Assembly: GCA_965248055.1 (NCBI GenBank) | Contig: CBDFIJ010000004.1 | Location: forward strand, 2,232,777-2,296,776 | Origin: Candidatus Multivoradales bacterium | Lineage (GTDB): Bacteria > Acidobacteriota > Thermoanaerobaculia > Multivoradales > JAHEKO01 | Direction: 5' to 3' | Length of the DNA: 64,000 bases | In this document: one piece after another, positions 9,143 to 19,297 of the stretch | How positions within the stretch are numbered: the stretch's first letter is position 1 | Layout: each line of letters opens with the position of its first letter | The notes under the pieces: model-generated | The model's input: only the letters and a program-made list of their open reading frames with translations | Databases searched by the model: none | Told to the model about the DNA's origin: nothing | Position numbers and translations under genes: made by a program

Positions 9143-12100
9143 CTAGAAGCGTAGTCGCGCTCCGAGGAAAAACCGGCGTGGCTGGACGAAGTCGATACCG
9201 TCGCGGAAGTTGAAGCCGTCACCACCAGTTTCGATGGTTTGCACCCGAATCAACGCCTGGTCATCCAGCACGTTAAAGACATCGACGAAGAAGTCCACCT
9301 CGCGACTGTTCGCAAGAGTCCACAAGTAAGACACACGGGCGTCGAGAATCCCGTACGACTCGCCCTCGAAAAACCCCAGCGCGTCGTCGGCAATCCAGAG
9401 ATCGGCGAATGGTCCGTTCTGACCGGTGAAGCCGTTGGAGGCGAATGGCGTGTTGGTCCACGCCGGGATGGTGCGGTCGAAGGATTGGCCTGAGTTGCGA
9501 TTGAGGGTGACCCCGGAGTTCCACCGGTAGCTGCCACCGACCTGGAAGCCGTTGTCCCAGTTGTAAGAACTATGGACCTTGAACAGCTGCTCCACTAAGC
9601 CGGGCTGGGTACCGGTGCGGTTGGGCGCGCGCGGATCGAGTGGAAACACGTCGCCAGCACCGTCGAAGTTGCCGTCCGAATTGGAGTTGCCCTCGGCGTC
9701 GGCGTAGTTATAAGAAGCCAGCAGTTGCCAATTGTCGCTGTAGCGCTTACGGAATACTAACTCCAGCCCCTGGTAGTCACGAAAAGCCTCCGAAGGTAGG
9801 GAACCGATCAAGAAGTTGAAGTTAGTGGGGATATCACTGAAGCTGTCGAAGCCAAAGAAATTTGCACCCAGGAACAACGAGTTGGGATCGTTGAGGTCAC
9901 CGCCGTTGCCGGTGTATTGTGCTGGATCGAAGTAAATCGCACCGTAGTCCTCGGCTATGCTGGCGGTCTCTCGGTCGATCAGGTTGATCTCAAACATCAT
10001 GTTGTTACCGAGGTCCTGCTTGTACTGGAGCTGGATCTCTTCGGTGACGGGAGTTTCGATTTTTGGTGAAAAGGAGCCGTCAATGGTCTCGATACCACCG
10101 CGATCGCGAAACTTGACCCAGTCCGCCAGTGCGTCGACAAAGACTTCCTCGGCGAAAACGTTGCCGGACTTTGAGCCGGCAAAGTCAATCGCGTTGTCGC
10201 GGAAGGCGTCGTAATACTCACCGTAGAACAAGCCAACACTGCTGCGACCATCACCCTTTACGTCGTATGCGATGCTGATCCGTGGAGCGACCTCAGTGTC
10301 CCAGGTGCCGATGTCCTGGCCCAGATCGTCCAAGAAGGTGGTGTCCTCAGCGCGCAGTCCAGCGTTGATACTCCACCTGTTCCTTTGCCAGGAATCTTGA
10401 ATGAAGTATTGCTTTGACTCTGACCCCTTCTTTGAAGTTCCTGCCTGGGTCTGAAGATCCCGCGTGTAATTGATTTGACCGTGTGGGTTGCCGGCGGTCG
10501 ACGCGAAGGTCATGTTGTTGGTGATTTCCGCGTTGTCGAGAACACCGTTTTTGTTGTTGTCCCACAGACCAAGTAGAGTCGCCGTCTGGCCAGCGGTGAG
10601 GAACCCGCGGAAGCCCTCTAACTCGTCGGGTGAGGCACCAAAATCTACTTGCGAGTAATTGGCTGCCGCACAGGCTCCAGTGACTTCGCATAGAACAATC
10701 GGAGTGCCCAGGCCGCGCGCTGAGAGGGAAAAATAGGTGGCGGGGGGACTACCATTGGTAAGTCTCTGCTCTGCCAGTCCGCTGTCGGCGTTGTTGATGC
10801 CGAATTTGAGAGAGTGATCACCCCAACTGGTGTCAAACAGGTACTCCAGCGAGCTGCGAGTTGATTCGGTACTGCGCAGATCGAGACTGCTAATACCGGC
10901 TCCACCAATGTTGGCTTGAGCGGAAGTAAATACCTCACCGGGCGCGAACAGGATCTCGTTTTGGGCGTCCAAATTGATTGGAAATTCGTTGGTATCTGCC
11001 TCGTGATCGGTAAACCCTAACTCTAGCGCCGCCGAACCCCAGACTCGGTTATAAGAGATCGAGTACCGCTCGCCGCCTCTTTCGAAGGTTGCGTCAGCGG
11101 TGTTCGGGATCGTCCGACTGAAGCTCCCTGTGTCGTCACGGGGATCGGTGAGATAGATCCCAGTCAACAAATCGCTGTCGGTGATCGCCCAGCTTAGTTT
11201 GCCGAAAGCCTGATCTTCATCTCGTTTGACGGTACGAAGGAACTGGCCCTGCTCGTTAACTAAGCTGCGTTCGGTATCGAGCACGCGAAAACTGGCAAAG
11301 AACCAAGCTTTGTCGCGCGCAATCGGACCACCCAAAGTGAAGGCGGTGTCGAAGGTGTCGAAGCCATCGTCGGCGAAGTGCTCGTCATCTGAGACTAGAT
11401 TGTCGTCCTGAAAGTAGTAGTTGAGTGAGCCGGAAAATGCGTTCCCGCCGCTCTTGGTCACCACATTGGAGACCAAGCCGGGAACGCCGACGAATTCCGC
11501 CGGAATGGCGCCGGTAATAACACTCTGCTCTTGGATGATCTCGGTGTTGATATTGGCACCGTTGGTTCCCAAAGAACGGTCGGTGACGTTGATGCCGTCG
11601 AAGTAATAGAGATTGTCACTGGAACGACCGACGCCACCCTCGGTTCCGGCGGCATCGCCCTTTTTTCGATCGCGATAGTTGATGCCGCTGCGAGACGCAG
11701 GGTTGTCGGATTCGCCGATCGCGTCCTGAACGCCCGGGACCAGCTGCAAGTAACTCTGATAGGTGCGAGCGGTTGGCAGGGACTCGGTGAGCTGTAAGGT
11801 GATGTCCTGCCCAGCTTGGGTCTTGCTGACGTCCACCAAGGGCGCTTCGGCGACAACAATCAGTTCGTCGGTGATGGATGCACCGGCGAGGCGAACTTCA
11901 ATCGACTGTGATTGACCGGCGCGCACCACTACTTGGCTGATCGTTTGAGAGGCGAAATTGTCCAAGTTGACCGTGACCACATAGTTAGTGGCCGGGTCCA
12001 AAGAAACAATGCGCGCTCGACCGGCGTCATCGGAAACCACACTTCTCCGAGTCAGGGTTTCGTCAGAAGAAACGCTGACCGTGGCACCCGGTAAGGGGCT

Positions 12101-12211
12101 GCCGTTGGCGTCGGTAACCGTGACATCCACGGTTCCGCGTTGGGCTTGGCTAAACGCTACCGGGGAACCCAGTAGCAAGGCCGCTGTCACAAACATCAGA
12201 ACTCTACGCAT
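9143..12211 (-). CDS. Oar-like TonB-dependent outer-membrane receptor (tandem paralog).
   Basis: The internal start MRRVLMFVTAALLLGSPVAFSQA is preceded by GGAG. The ORF-track N-terminal extension has no RBS. Same architecture and C-terminal ...GARLRF as 5527-8553. Confidence 0.75.
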   Translation of the reverse strand: MRRVLMFVTAALLLGSPVAFSQAQRGTVDVTVTDANGSPLPGATVSVSSDETLTRRSVVSDDAGRARIVSLDPATNYVVTVNLDNFASQTISQVVVRAGQSQSIEVRLAGASITDELIVVAEAPLVDVSKTQAGQDITLQLTESLPTARTYQSYLQLVPGVQDAIGESDNPASRSGINYRDRKKGDAAGTEGGVGRSSDNLYYFDGINVTDRSLGTNGANINTEIIQEQSVITGAIPAEFVGVPGLVSNVVTKSGGNAFSGSLNYYFQDDNLVSDDEHFADDGFDTFDTAFTLGGPIARDKAWFFASFRVLDTERSLVNEQGQFLRTVKRDEDQAFGKLSWAITDSDLLTGIYLTDPRDDTGSFSRTIPNTADATFERGGERYSISYNRVWGSAALELGFTDHEADTNEFPINLDAQNEILFAPGEVFTSAQANIGGAGISSLDLRSTESTRSSLEYLFDTSWGDHSLKFGINNADSGLAEQRLTNGSPPATYFSLSARGLGTPIVLCEVTGACAAANYSQVDFGASPDELEGFRGFLTAGQTATLLGLWDNNKNGVLDNAEITNNMTFASTAGNPHGQINYTRDLQTQAGTSKKGSESKQYFIQDSWQRNRWSINAGLRAEDTTFLDDLGQDIGTWDTEVAPRISIAYDVKGDGRSSVGLFYGEYYDAFRDNAIDFAGSKSGNVFAEEVFVDALADWVKFRDRGGIETIDGSFSPKIETPVTEEIQLQYKQDLGNNMMFEINLIDRETASIAEDYGAIYFDPAQYTGNGGDLNDPNSLFLGANFFGFDSFSDIPTNFNFLIGSLPSEAFRDYQGLELVFRKRYSDNWQLLASYNYADAEGNSNSDGNFDGAGDVFPLDPRAPNRTGTQPGLVEQLFKVHSSYNWDNGFQVGGSYRWNSGVTLNRNSGQSFDRTIPAWTNTPFASNGFTGQNGPFADLWIADDALGFFEGESYGILDARVSYLWTLANSREVDFFVDVFNVLDDQALIRVQTIETGGDGFNFRDGIDFVQPRRFFLGARLRF

Positions 12212-12706
12212 TCTGTCTCCTTTAATCGTTGGTTGCGCCGCATGCCGCCAAGAAGTGCAAGGTGCAATCCAGAGACGAAGCCAGCGACCGTTAAGGAGAA
12301 GGTTCGAGCTTAGTGTACTCCTGAGAGTCGGGCGAATAGGCCCAAACATATTGTGTTGTGGGTGTCGACTCTGCTAGCGAAGCGATCTTTCGATAGGCCC
12401 GAAAGATATGGTTGTAAGTTGTTTTTCTTCAATCCTTTGAAAGTGTTGCTTGTGCCCGGTTAAGGGGTGTTGTTTATGCCGCTAGGTGGACGGCGACCAT
12501 GCTTGGTGAACCCAGGTGTTTGCGGGGGGGCTTCGCGCGAGAAACAAGTCTGAGAAAGACTGACACCGCGTGAGAGCACGCAGTGCAATTTGCTTCCCGA
12601 TGCTTCCTCTTAATTTCTTATATTTAAGGGGATTGTTGGCATTTCAATCGATTGGACTGGGCACTCCAGTTGGTTGAATCTTTGCCGCGCATCTGAGCGC
12701 AAAGAG

Positions 12707-14116
12707 TCAGGAACAAGACCGATCAAGCGCCGAGATCCGGGCGGCGGCTGGGGAACCCGGTGCCGATTTGAGCGATCGGCAGTAGTACCCGACCGCAGCC
12801 TCAATTCGACCTCGGCCTTCCGCGGCAAGGCCCAAGAAAAAGAAAGCCTGGGGGTTTACTGGGTCGATTGCGAGTGCAGCCTCAAAATGGGTTACTGCAG
12901 CTTCCAACACTCCGCTTTGGGCCAAAGCGTTGCCCCAATCGTTGTGTGCTGAAGCGGTAGTTAGTACCCCTAACGCAGCGGTTGTTTCAAAAGTGGAGAT
13001 TGCCGGAGCTAGCTGAGCAGTTTGCATCAGAGCTCTTCCCAACAGCCAGCCGGCGTCCGGGTCATCTGGGGTCAGTCGAACCGCGGCTTCGAGATGGGGG
13101 ATGGCAGCGGTGGTCTCCTGTTGGTCCAGATACAACGAAGCGAGTCGAACCCGACTATCGACCGACTCCGGGTTCAATTCAACGGCCCGTTGAAGATAGT
13201 GACCAACCTTAGAAATTTCGCCGAGATTGCCATAAGCGACCGCCAGTTGAAGATGTGCCTCGGCGTTGGAGGGGCTCAGTTCTATGACTTTGTTCAAGCC
13301 AATGACCGCCTGTTCATTGTTGCCGTTTTCCAGAAAACTCTTTGCCCGCTCCCAGATTTGGATCGAACTCAGTCCCTCAGCCACCACTTGGCCCATCAAT
13401 GGATCCGCAAAGAGGTTGTAGCTGGCGGCATCGCGCGCTCTGGTCGCGATCTTGCGTGCTTGATCAGTCCTTCCTTGTCTCATATAAACCTGACCGAGAG
13501 TCGACAACGCCTGACCGTGACGCGGCGATTTGTTGAGCACAGTCTCGAGGAGATTAGCCGCGGAGTCTAACTCCCCCGAGGCCAGTCGAACTTGGGCCAG
13601 GGCGACCCGTGCTGGCTGCAGAGCTGGCTCCAAATCCAGTGCCCGTTGGAGATTCTGAGCGGCCTCGCCGGGGTTGTTCCGCGAGATTAAGACGTTACCC
13701 AACCGCATGTGAGCGGGCGCGTAGTCTGGATGAAGCTGCATGAAGGAGCGAAAAGACTTTTCTGCCGACTCCAGATCGGTTCCTAGGATGCTCAACACGT
13801 CGCCGAGAAAGTAGGGCCAACGCTCGTCGTTGGGGTCAAGGTCTCGGGCGTTCCGGTAGGCGATCTCCGCCTCGTCCAGCAACTCGTGGGCGTGAGCCAC
13901 CATGCCAAAGCGACCCCATGCTTCCGCTGATGTTGGCTGAGCTTTAATTTCGCTGGCCAGCTCGCGCAACCGATTGGCAACCTGGATCTCCATGGTGGAC
14001 AGCTCGGGGAGTGGCACTTGGTTGGTAGCAGTTTCTTCTGATGTGCCGGAGTCTTGGCAGGCCACAGCGCCGACCAGTAACGCGAGCAAGGCCCGGTGGA
14101 GGAGTGCCAGCTTCAC
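12707..14116 (-). CDS. Tetratricopeptide-repeat lipoprotein.
   Basis: Lipoprotein signal LLALLVGAVAC. Repeated TPR-like helices (AEAW.., A...Y.....D.). Overlaps the upstream gene by 4 nt (operon). Confidence 0.7.
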   Translation of the reverse strand: MKLALLHRALLALLVGAVACQDSGTSEETATNQVPLPELSTMEIQVANRLRELASEIKAQPTSAEAWGRFGMVAHAHELLDEAEIAYRNARDLDPNDERWPYFLGDVLSILGTDLESAEKSFRSFMQLHPDYAPAHMRLGNVLISRNNPGEAAQNLQRALDLEPALQPARVALAQVRLASGELDSAANLLETVLNKSPRHGQALSTLGQVYMRQGRTDQARKIATRARDAASYNLFADPLMGQVVAEGLSSIQIWERAKSFLENGNNEQAVIGLNKVIELSPSNAEAHLQLAVAYGNLGEISKVGHYLQRAVELNPESVDSRVRLASLYLDQQETTAAIPHLEAAVRLTPDDPDAGWLLGRALMQTAQLAPAISTFETTAALGVLTTASAHNDWGNALAQSGVLEAAVTHFEAALAIDPVNPQAFFFLGLAAEGRGRIEAAVGYYCRSLKSAPGSPAAARISALDRSCS

Positions 14117-15843
14117 CCTCCCTCTCCTCGGACCAAGGTTGTCACCTGGTCTACAGAGATACCCGAGAAGGATTCTTCCAGGCCATCGGGCCAGCGCACC
14201 AAGACCGAAACATCCTCTGAGTGATCACCCAGGCCAAAATGAGCCCGTGGATCGCTACTTGAGAGATAGCTCATGGCGCCTTGAATGGTTCTCTGCTGGC
14301 GCCCGATCGTGGAGGTAACCGTGACCCGCGCTCCCAGTGCCCGTCGACCCAGAGTCGGGTCAACCGCGTCGAGAATCAGCCAGTGCCCTTCACCAGGAGT
14401 ACCGCGCAGGACGCGCGCCGGGCTCTCAATACCGCTGACGATCAGATCTTGCCCCCCATCGCCGTCGAGATCTCCAACCGCCAATCCTCGACTGACCTCT
14501 GCTGCCGCGGTAAAAGCAGCCACGCCTTGGTTGTCGTCCAACAGTCTAAAACTGCCGTTGGAGTTGAGGTAAACCAAGTTGGGTTCAGCGTATTGATTCC
14601 ACGGCTCGGGCAGGACATCGGTCAGCGATTCCCCCCGCGTGACCCGACCATTGGCCACTGCGATGTCGAGGTCGCCGTCCAGGTCGAGGTCGATCGGAGC
14701 GACTCCAAAACCGGTAAACGGTGTGCTTGCGGCCGCCAAACCGACCTTGGTGGTTTGATCTTCGAATCCCATCCCTGCCCCCAGATTGCGATAGAAAGTG
14801 TTGGTTTCATCTCGGAGATGGGTGACGAACAGGTCGAGATGCGTGTCGCCGTCAAAGTCCGCCGCGACCACACCCATGCCGGCTTCGTGCAGCCCGGCTG
14901 CGTTGACGCTGGCGCCCATGATCAATCCGTCATCGATAAACTTGCCATCGACTTGGTTGATCCACAGTTGGTTCGGGTCGCCATCGTTGGCGACGTAAAT
15001 ATCGACCCAGCCGTCGTCATTAAAGTCTTCGCACACCACTCCGAGTCCGGCCCCGGTGACGACGTCGATCCCGGCGCGGTCGGTCACGTTGCGAAAGGTT
15101 CCATCGCCACGGTTTTCCAGCAGCACATCGGTACGGTCCTCGAAGCCATCAGGACCGCAGTATTCGCGACGTCCGGCGGTGTCAGTACACTGGACATTTG
15201 GGTCAAAGACCACGTAACGAACCACATAGAGGTCGAGGTAACCGTCGCGGTTGAAATCACAGAATGCGGCGGAGGTCGACCAGTCGTCGTGGTTGGTTCC
15301 GGTCGCACTGACGCCTGAGGTCGCTGAAACGTCAGCGAACGTTCCATCACCGCGCCCTCGATAGAGGTGATCGGGGCCGATGTTGGCGACGAACACGTCT
15401 TGGTGTCCGTCATTGTCGACATCGCCAACCGCTACTCCGGTGCCGTATCCACGGTCATCGAGCCCTGAGGAATCGGTGGTATTCCGGTAGCTGCCGTCGG
15501 GCTGGCGGAGAAACAGCTGATTGCTGGGGCCGTTGTCTGAGTCAGATTGACCGAGTTGCTCCGCTCCATTAATGAAATAGAGGTCCAACCGACCGTCTTC
15601 GTTGGCATCCAGGACGGCAACTCCACCTCCCATCATTTCGGGAAACACCAAATCACCGCTGGCTCCTGAACTGTGGTTGAAGTCAATACCCCAGTCGGTG
15701 GTGACCTCAACCAAGAGTGGAGATCGGGCTTCACTTGGGTCTTCAGAATGAATCTCTAAGCTAGCCTCCTCTGGGGAAGACTGTGGCGAGCCACAGCCGA
15801 ACAGGGTGGCAACGACAATAGCGGCGACAGATCGCGTCAACAT
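14113..15843 (-). CDS. CRTAC1-family / ASPIC-UnbV protein with FG-GAP/VCBS repeats (lipoprotein).
   Basis: Signal ATLFGCGS. Repeated FG-GAP-like D.D.DG..D motifs: GDVDNDGHQD, CDFNRDGYLDLY, EDFNDDGWVDIYVAN, ADFDGDTHLD, DLDLDGDLD, GDLDGDGGQD. C-terminal UnbV/ASPIC-like region. Confidence 0.7.
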   Translation of the reverse strand: MLTRSVAAIVVATLFGCGSPQSSPEEASLEIHSEDPSEARSPLLVEVTTDWGIDFNHSSGASGDLVFPEMMGGGVAVLDANEDGRLDLYFINGAEQLGQSDSDNGPSNQLFLRQPDGSYRNTTDSSGLDDRGYGTGVAVGDVDNDGHQDVFVANIGPDHLYRGRGDGTFADVSATSGVSATGTNHDDWSTSAAFCDFNRDGYLDLYVVRYVVFDPNVQCTDTAGRREYCGPDGFEDRTDVLLENRGDGTFRNVTDRAGIDVVTGAGLGVVCEDFNDDGWVDIYVANDGDPNQLWINQVDGKFIDDGLIMGASVNAAGLHEAGMGVVAADFDGDTHLDLFVTHLRDETNTFYRNLGAGMGFEDQTTKVGLAAASTPFTGFGVAPIDLDLDGDLDIAVANGRVTRGESLTDVLPEPWNQYAEPNLVYLNSNGSFRLLDDNQGVAAFTAAAEVSRGLAVGDLDGDGGQDLIVSGIESPARVLRGTPGEGHWLILDAVDPTLGRRALGARVTVTSTIGRQQRTIQGAMSYLSSSDPRAHFGLGDHSEDVSVLVRWPDGLEESFSGISVDQVTTLVRGEGG

Positions 15844-15940
15844 CGTTCTGATACTAGCAACCCAAGTGTCGTCACCGCAGTGAAGCAGAAGGGTCCGTTA
15901 CCGACAGAAGACATTCCAGTACACTGCCGTACGACTACCG

Positions 15941-16927
15941 ATGCACACCAAGAATGAAATCGTTGCTGTGGCACGTGGTTACTACGCTCTTCCTATCTTG
16001 ATGGCCCTGGCGAGAGCTGGAATTGTTGAGCGGATCCTGGAGCAAGGGGTCGATCTTGCGGATCTTAAAGGTAACCAAAGAAACCTCCGTATTTGTTTGG
16101 ACTATTTGCGCAACCTGGGTTGGTTGATTCTTGAGGAGGATCACTATCGAGCAACTTCACTGGGAGCGTCTGTTCTACGTAGATGCGGCGCGTTTGGGAT
16201 CTTGTTTTCTTACCGCCCGTACATTGCCAACCTTGATCAACTTCTGTTTGATGACGAGGCGAAAGTTCAGGTCTATCGAGATGAGAATGTGGTTGGTAGC
16301 GGAGAAGCGCACGTCCGTAAATATTTTTCTCGCACTGCCGAATTTCTTGCTGCCTCCGAAGCCCAGTATGTACTGGATGTCGGTTGTGGCGATGGCACCT
16401 TCTTGAATTATTGTCGAGAGGTGAGACCGGACATTGGCCTCATTGGTGTGGATTATTCTGAACGCGCCTTGGAGGTTACTCGTAATAACCTTGACGCAGA
16501 AGCCATCTTGTTTCAGGGGAACGTTTCAGAGCCGGAAGTTACCTTGGAAAAATTACACCGTCGCGGCATAGATCCAGCGGAGATTCTGGTTTCAGTCTGG
16601 TTTATCTTTCACGAAGTGTTGGGCATGGAGGGAATCGACTTGGCTGCCATGCTCCGAGGGTACAAAGAGCTTTCCCCTGAGCACGGGATGATTGTTGGTG
16701 AAATCTTCGATATTCCGCATGAAGTGCTGGCAGAGCACCACAACGAGATTGCGATCCCCGAATTCAATTTGTTCCACGACTTGTCGGGCCAAAAGCTCTT
16801 CACTCGAGATGCATGGCAAGAAGCTATTGCGGTTTCGGGGTTTGCGACCGGTAACTTTATTGGCTTGGATGTCTTGCCTTGGAAAGAAACTGAGTACTTC
16901 GGGTCGGCAATCTGGTTCTTGAAGTAG
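15941..16927 (+). CDS. Class I SAM-dependent (O-methyltransferase-like) methyltransferase.
   Basis: SAM motif I VLDVGCGDGTF. N-terminal winged-helix/dimerisation-like segment. Confidence 0.65.
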   Translation: MHTKNEIVAVARGYYALPILMALARAGIVERILEQGVDLADLKGNQRNLRICLDYLRNLGWLILEEDHYRATSLGASVLRRCGAFGILFSYRPYIANLDQLLFDDEAKVQVYRDENVVGSGEAHVRKYFSRTAEFLAASEAQYVLDVGCGDGTFLNYCREVRPDIGLIGVDYSERALEVTRNNLDAEAILFQGNVSEPEVTLEKLHRRGIDPAEILVSVWFIFHEVLGMEGIDLAAMLRGYKELSPEHGMIVGEIFDIPHEVLAEHHNEIAIPEFNLFHDLSGQKLFTRDAWQEAIAVSGFATGNFIGLDVLPWKETEYFGSAIWFLK

Positions 16928-16940
16928 TAGCCAAAGGCGA

Positions 16941-18143
16941 CTAACCGCCAACGATCATGCCGGTCAGGTACATCACGGCAAAGCCGGTGGCGAGTCCGGC
17001 AAAGATAGGTCGACTGGTGAGAAACGGAAGCAGTTCTCGGCCCCCAGCCATGCCGCGACCGATCTGCGGTACAACCTGAGCAATCGCTCCTGCTCCAATC
17101 GCCAAAAAGATCATCGACCAGAAGGTTGAGTAGACCAAGCCGCCAATCCAGGCACCGAGAATGGTCGGTGCGCCAGCCAGTAGGCCAAGCCATAGCAGTC
17201 GAGGCCAGTGGGTCTTTTCCTTGCTCAAGGGCGAGACGATGGCCAGTCCTTCGGTGGTGTTATGTAGCGCAAAGCCGACGATCAACAGAGTGCCCAAGGC
17301 GACTTCTCCGAGACGAAAAGCAGCCCCGATAGCGAGTCCTTCCCCAAGGTTGTGCAAGCCGATTGCGATCGCCATCAGCAGAGCGCTGGTCCAGGCTGGT
17401 TTGCCCCAGGCTCCCGACTCGCCTTGCCTGGAGGTCGTGCGCTGGCGCAGCCAGGCGCCAAGCGATTCGATCGCCAAGAAGGCCAGCCCACTGACCAAGA
17501 CAAAAGCCACGATGCCTTGGTATGAAGACGCCAGTTCATGCGCTGTCTCCAGGCCGTCTTCGACCGTGTCAACAAACAAGAACAGCAGCAACCCGATGGT
17601 CAAAGCGAGCACGAATTCCAAGCCGCTGCGGCCCAGTCGTCGCACCAAAGGCAGCCAGAGGATGCCCAGGGCCACCGGCAGGACCCCAACGTAGATTCCG
17701 ATCAAGGCGAATAGGCCGAGGAACCGAGCGTTGGCGGTTGGCGTTTCTAGCGCTACGTCGATGGTGTGGTCAAAAGTGACTCCCGAAGCGGTGACCAGGA
17801 CCAATTCATGGGCTTCCCCCTCGACCCACGGATAGGGGACGGAAAGAGTGGCGCGGTCCAAGTGTGCCAGCGGACCGGGAGGGCTCTGGTGAAAAGCCCA
17901 ATAGGCCTCGTCAACCATCACTTGGGCAATGGTGATCGGATCGGGACCGTCGTTGACCACCGAGAACTCGATCATCTCTGGTTTGAGGGTGGTGCTTTGA
18001 AACGCTAGCAGTTCGATCGGCGGCGCGTCACCACGCAGTGTTCCGTCGATGTCAGATTTGACCAACCAAGTGATCAGTGCGGCTAACAGCAGCAGCGGTA
18101 TCAAGGCCAACAAAAAGGTCGTGCTCTTGCTAGATTCGCTCAT
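16941..18143 (-). CDS. ZIP-family divalent metal transporter with a ~150-aa N-terminal extension.
   Basis: Paired ZIP signatures HNLGEGLAIGAAF and HNTTEGLAIVSPL in a polytopic membrane core. Confidence 0.75.
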   Translation of the reverse strand: MSESSKSTTFLLALIPLLLLAALITWLVKSDIDGTLRGDAPPIELLAFQSTTLKPEMIEFSVVNDGPDPITIAQVMVDEAYWAFHQSPPGPLAHLDRATLSVPYPWVEGEAHELVLVTASGVTFDHTIDVALETPTANARFLGLFALIGIYVGVLPVALGILWLPLVRRLGRSGLEFVLALTIGLLLFLFVDTVEDGLETAHELASSYQGIVAFVLVSGLAFLAIESLGAWLRQRTTSRQGESGAWGKPAWTSALLMAIAIGLHNLGEGLAIGAAFRLGEVALGTLLIVGFALHNTTEGLAIVSPLSKEKTHWPRLLWLGLLAGAPTILGAWIGGLVYSTFWSMIFLAIGAGAIAQVVPQIGRGMAGGRELLPFLTSRPIFAGLATGFAVMYLTGMIVGG

Positions 18144-18154
18144 GACGCCACTTC

Positions 18155-19186
18155 CTAGCCTTCTGCCGCTTCAAAGAAACCCATCCAGCCGAGTTCTGCG
18201 AACTCGCTCTGGTGGGCGTGGAACATGAACTGACCGGGGTAGCGAAAACGGGTTTCGATAATTGCCCGCTCTCCCTGGCACAACATGATGGTGTCGGTGG
18301 TCTCCTGTGAATCCAACCGGGTGCCGGTGCGGAACACGTCAAAAAACATCGCGTGTAGGTGAAAGCTATTGATCGGATCAAACTCCGTGACATTGAGTAA
18401 GTAGATCCGCACCAGCTCACCAACCTTGACTTGGATCGGTTGGGCCATATGGAAATGAGCCACGGTATTGACTGCGTAGACCTCATTGCCACCGTCAAAG
18501 TTGGTGTCGAAACCGTTCATCACCATCACTACTTCATCCGCTTCTGGCCGACCCTCTTTGGGGTCGACGATGAAAGCTCCATAGAGCCCTTTGTGGATGT
18601 GGCGCTTGAGTGGAACGGCGTGGCAGTGATAGAGATGAAAACCGAACGGCTCGGCTTCAAACTCGTATAAGAACTCTTCACCGGGCATTACCTGATCGGC
18701 CGGTACCGATCCATCCATCTCGGGACGGTGCCAGCCGTGAAAATGCATGGTGTGAGGATGCGAGCCGTGGTTGACGAAGCGAATGCGGATCCGATCCCCT
18801 TCAGTAGCTCGAATAGTCGGCCCTGGGACCTGACCGTTGTAAGTCCAAGCGGGAAAGTAGACGCCGGGCGCGATCTCAATTTCCCGATCGATCGCGACAA
18901 ATTCATACTCCCGTAGCGTCGAGCCATCAGCTTGTGGGGTTTCCCGGTAAACCAAGGAGCGCTTGTCCGCGGGAAGGTCAGAGAAATTCCAAGACCGCAG
19001 GAAACGCATTGGATCGAACCGAGAAGTGTCGACTTGACCCACGACCCCCATCTGGTGCGATGAATGGGGTGGGGTTACGGTTTGGCCTGCGGCGGTGAGT
19101 TTTTGTAAGCCCGTCGCCCCGGCTGCGAGAGAGCCGATGCCCGCCGCCTTGAGCAAGGTGCGGCGTGAGGTTGTGGGTTTCGCCAT
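18155..19186 (-). CDS. Tat-exported two-domain multicopper oxidase.
   Basis: Twin-arginine signal TSRRTLLKAAGIG. Copper-ligand motifs HTMHFHGWH, HLHAMFF, HCHAVPLKRHIHKGLYGAF. 343 aa. Confidence 0.7.
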   Translation of the reverse strand: MAKPTTSRRTLLKAAGIGSLAAGATGLQKLTAAGQTVTPPHSSHQMGVVGQVDTSRFDPMRFLRSWNFSDLPADKRSLVYRETPQADGSTLREYEFVAIDREIEIAPGVYFPAWTYNGQVPGPTIRATEGDRIRIRFVNHGSHPHTMHFHGWHRPEMDGSVPADQVMPGEEFLYEFEAEPFGFHLYHCHAVPLKRHIHKGLYGAFIVDPKEGRPEADEVVMVMNGFDTNFDGGNEVYAVNTVAHFHMAQPIQVKVGELVRIYLLNVTEFDPINSFHLHAMFFDVFRTGTRLDSQETTDTIMLCQGERAIIETRFRYPGQFMFHAHQSEFAELGWMGFFEAAEG

Positions 19187-19297
19187 GATTTTGTGCTGAT
19201 AAAAAGTAAAGAGAAGTCTAGCGAGAATTTTGACTACTCAAAATAATAATCTTGAAGGCTATAAAAAAGCAACTAAAACAGGATATCCTTAATCGCC

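Noticed and set aside
9143-12349. 46-codon N-terminal extension of the second Oar-like receptor ORF
   Set aside because: The internal ATG at 12211 has an RBS and starts a canonical signal peptide, matching the paralog. The extension lacks both.
14281-15318. 345-aa ORF on the plus strand, antisense to the CRTAC1 gene
   Set aside because: Entirely nested opposite a well-supported gene in GC-rich DNA. Low-complexity Pro/Arg/Ser-rich translation. No RBS or motifs.
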